This document shows positions 53,007 to 53,115 of a DNA stretch of 53,115 nucleotides, piece by piece. The notes beneath the pieces are model-generated. The model did not search any database and was not told the origin of the DNA. It saw nothing but the letters and a program-made list of their open reading frames with translations. Within the stretch, counting starts at the first letter, position 1, and every line of letters begins with the position of its first letter. Location: contig JAZLCV010000050.1 in the NCBI GenBank assembly GCA_045614365.1, positions 1-53,115 on the forward strand, read 5' to 3'. The stretch is from Eubacteriales bacterium. Its GTDB lineage: Bacteria > Bacillota > Clostridia > Oscillospirales > JAAYXM01. The translations under genes were made by a program, and so were the position numbers.

Positions 53007-53115
53007 TTACTGATTGTCTTCCTGGCGCATCTTTGCAAAGCAATCGCTGCAGTAAACAGGACGGTCAGTCTTCGGCTCGAACGGAACCTTTGCTTCGCCG
53101 CCGCATGCTGCGCAT
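53007..53115 (-). CDS. C-terminal fragment of a CxxC-x17-CxxC zinc-ribbon protein; runs off the right edge
   Basis: Not in the ORF track. Reverse translation gives CAACGGEAKVPFEPKTDRPVYCSDCFAKMRQEDNQ*, stopping at 53007-53009. Confidence 0.6.
   Translation of the reverse strand, partial: CAACGGEAKVPFEPKTDRPVYCSDCFAKMRQEDNQ

Noticed and set aside
1-53115. I scanned the window for CRISPR arrays, IS elements or transposases, integrases, prophage genes, toxin-antitoxin pairs, tRNAs and rRNAs.
   Set aside because: I found no spaced direct-repeat arrays, no terminal inverted repeats flanking a transposase-like ORF, and no cloverleaf-capable intergenic segments. All intergenic regions over 100 nt are accounted for by promoters, leaders and terminators.

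Overview
This window looks like a Firmicutes (Clostridia-like) chromosomal segment, transcribed almost entirely on the minus strand. All family names below come from motif recognition by eye; no searches were run.

**Left part, about 1-21200.** This is one tightly packed, translationally coupled Wzx/Wzy-type glycan/EPS operon of 18 ORFs with gaps of 40 nt or less.
- It encodes a small priming phosphoglycosyl transferase, three complete GT2, two GT4, a GT32, Wzx, a Wzy-like polymerase and a YdjC-type deacetylase.
- It also holds a dispersed Gtr-like set: GtrA, a GtrII-like GT-C, and a GtrB-like GT2 cut off by the left edge.
- c-di-GMP hardware is built into the operon. The first cistron is a sensor diguanylate cyclase with an intact GGDEF. 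The middle holds a polysaccharide co-polymerase (Wzz/PCP) fused to a degenerate GGDEF domain. The 17th cistron is a TM / degenerate-GGDEF / intact-EAL phosphodiesterase.
- No CpsA/LCP, CpsB phosphatase or CpsD BY-kinase is visible.
- I consider this PCP-GGDEF centred, c-di-GMP-wired Wzx/Wzy locus the best candidate for an undescribed system. Its neighbours are a second PCP-like protein and a DnaA-domain-I-like/TM/metallophosphoesterase fusion.

**Right part, 21.2-53.1 kb.** This is housekeeping.
- A DAG-kinase-family lipid kinase, a MATE exporter, an AGCS symporter and Tex.
- A dcw cluster: mraZ-rsmH-ftsL-pbp-murE-murF-mraY-ftsW-murG-murA-ftsQ-ftsZ. It lacks murD, murC, murB and ftsA.
- A divergent small alarmone synthetase that shares a GTGG-repeat-rich control region with mraZ.
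- nagB, ispE, an AsnC/Lrp-aminotransferase pair, and wecB plus an unknown membrane protein.
- obg, the rplU-prp-rpmA operon behind a consensus promoter, a TIGR03960/TIGR03936-type radical SAM pair, and a CxxC-x17-CxxC protein fragment at the right edge.

I saw no rRNA, tRNA, CRISPR array, transposase or integrase.
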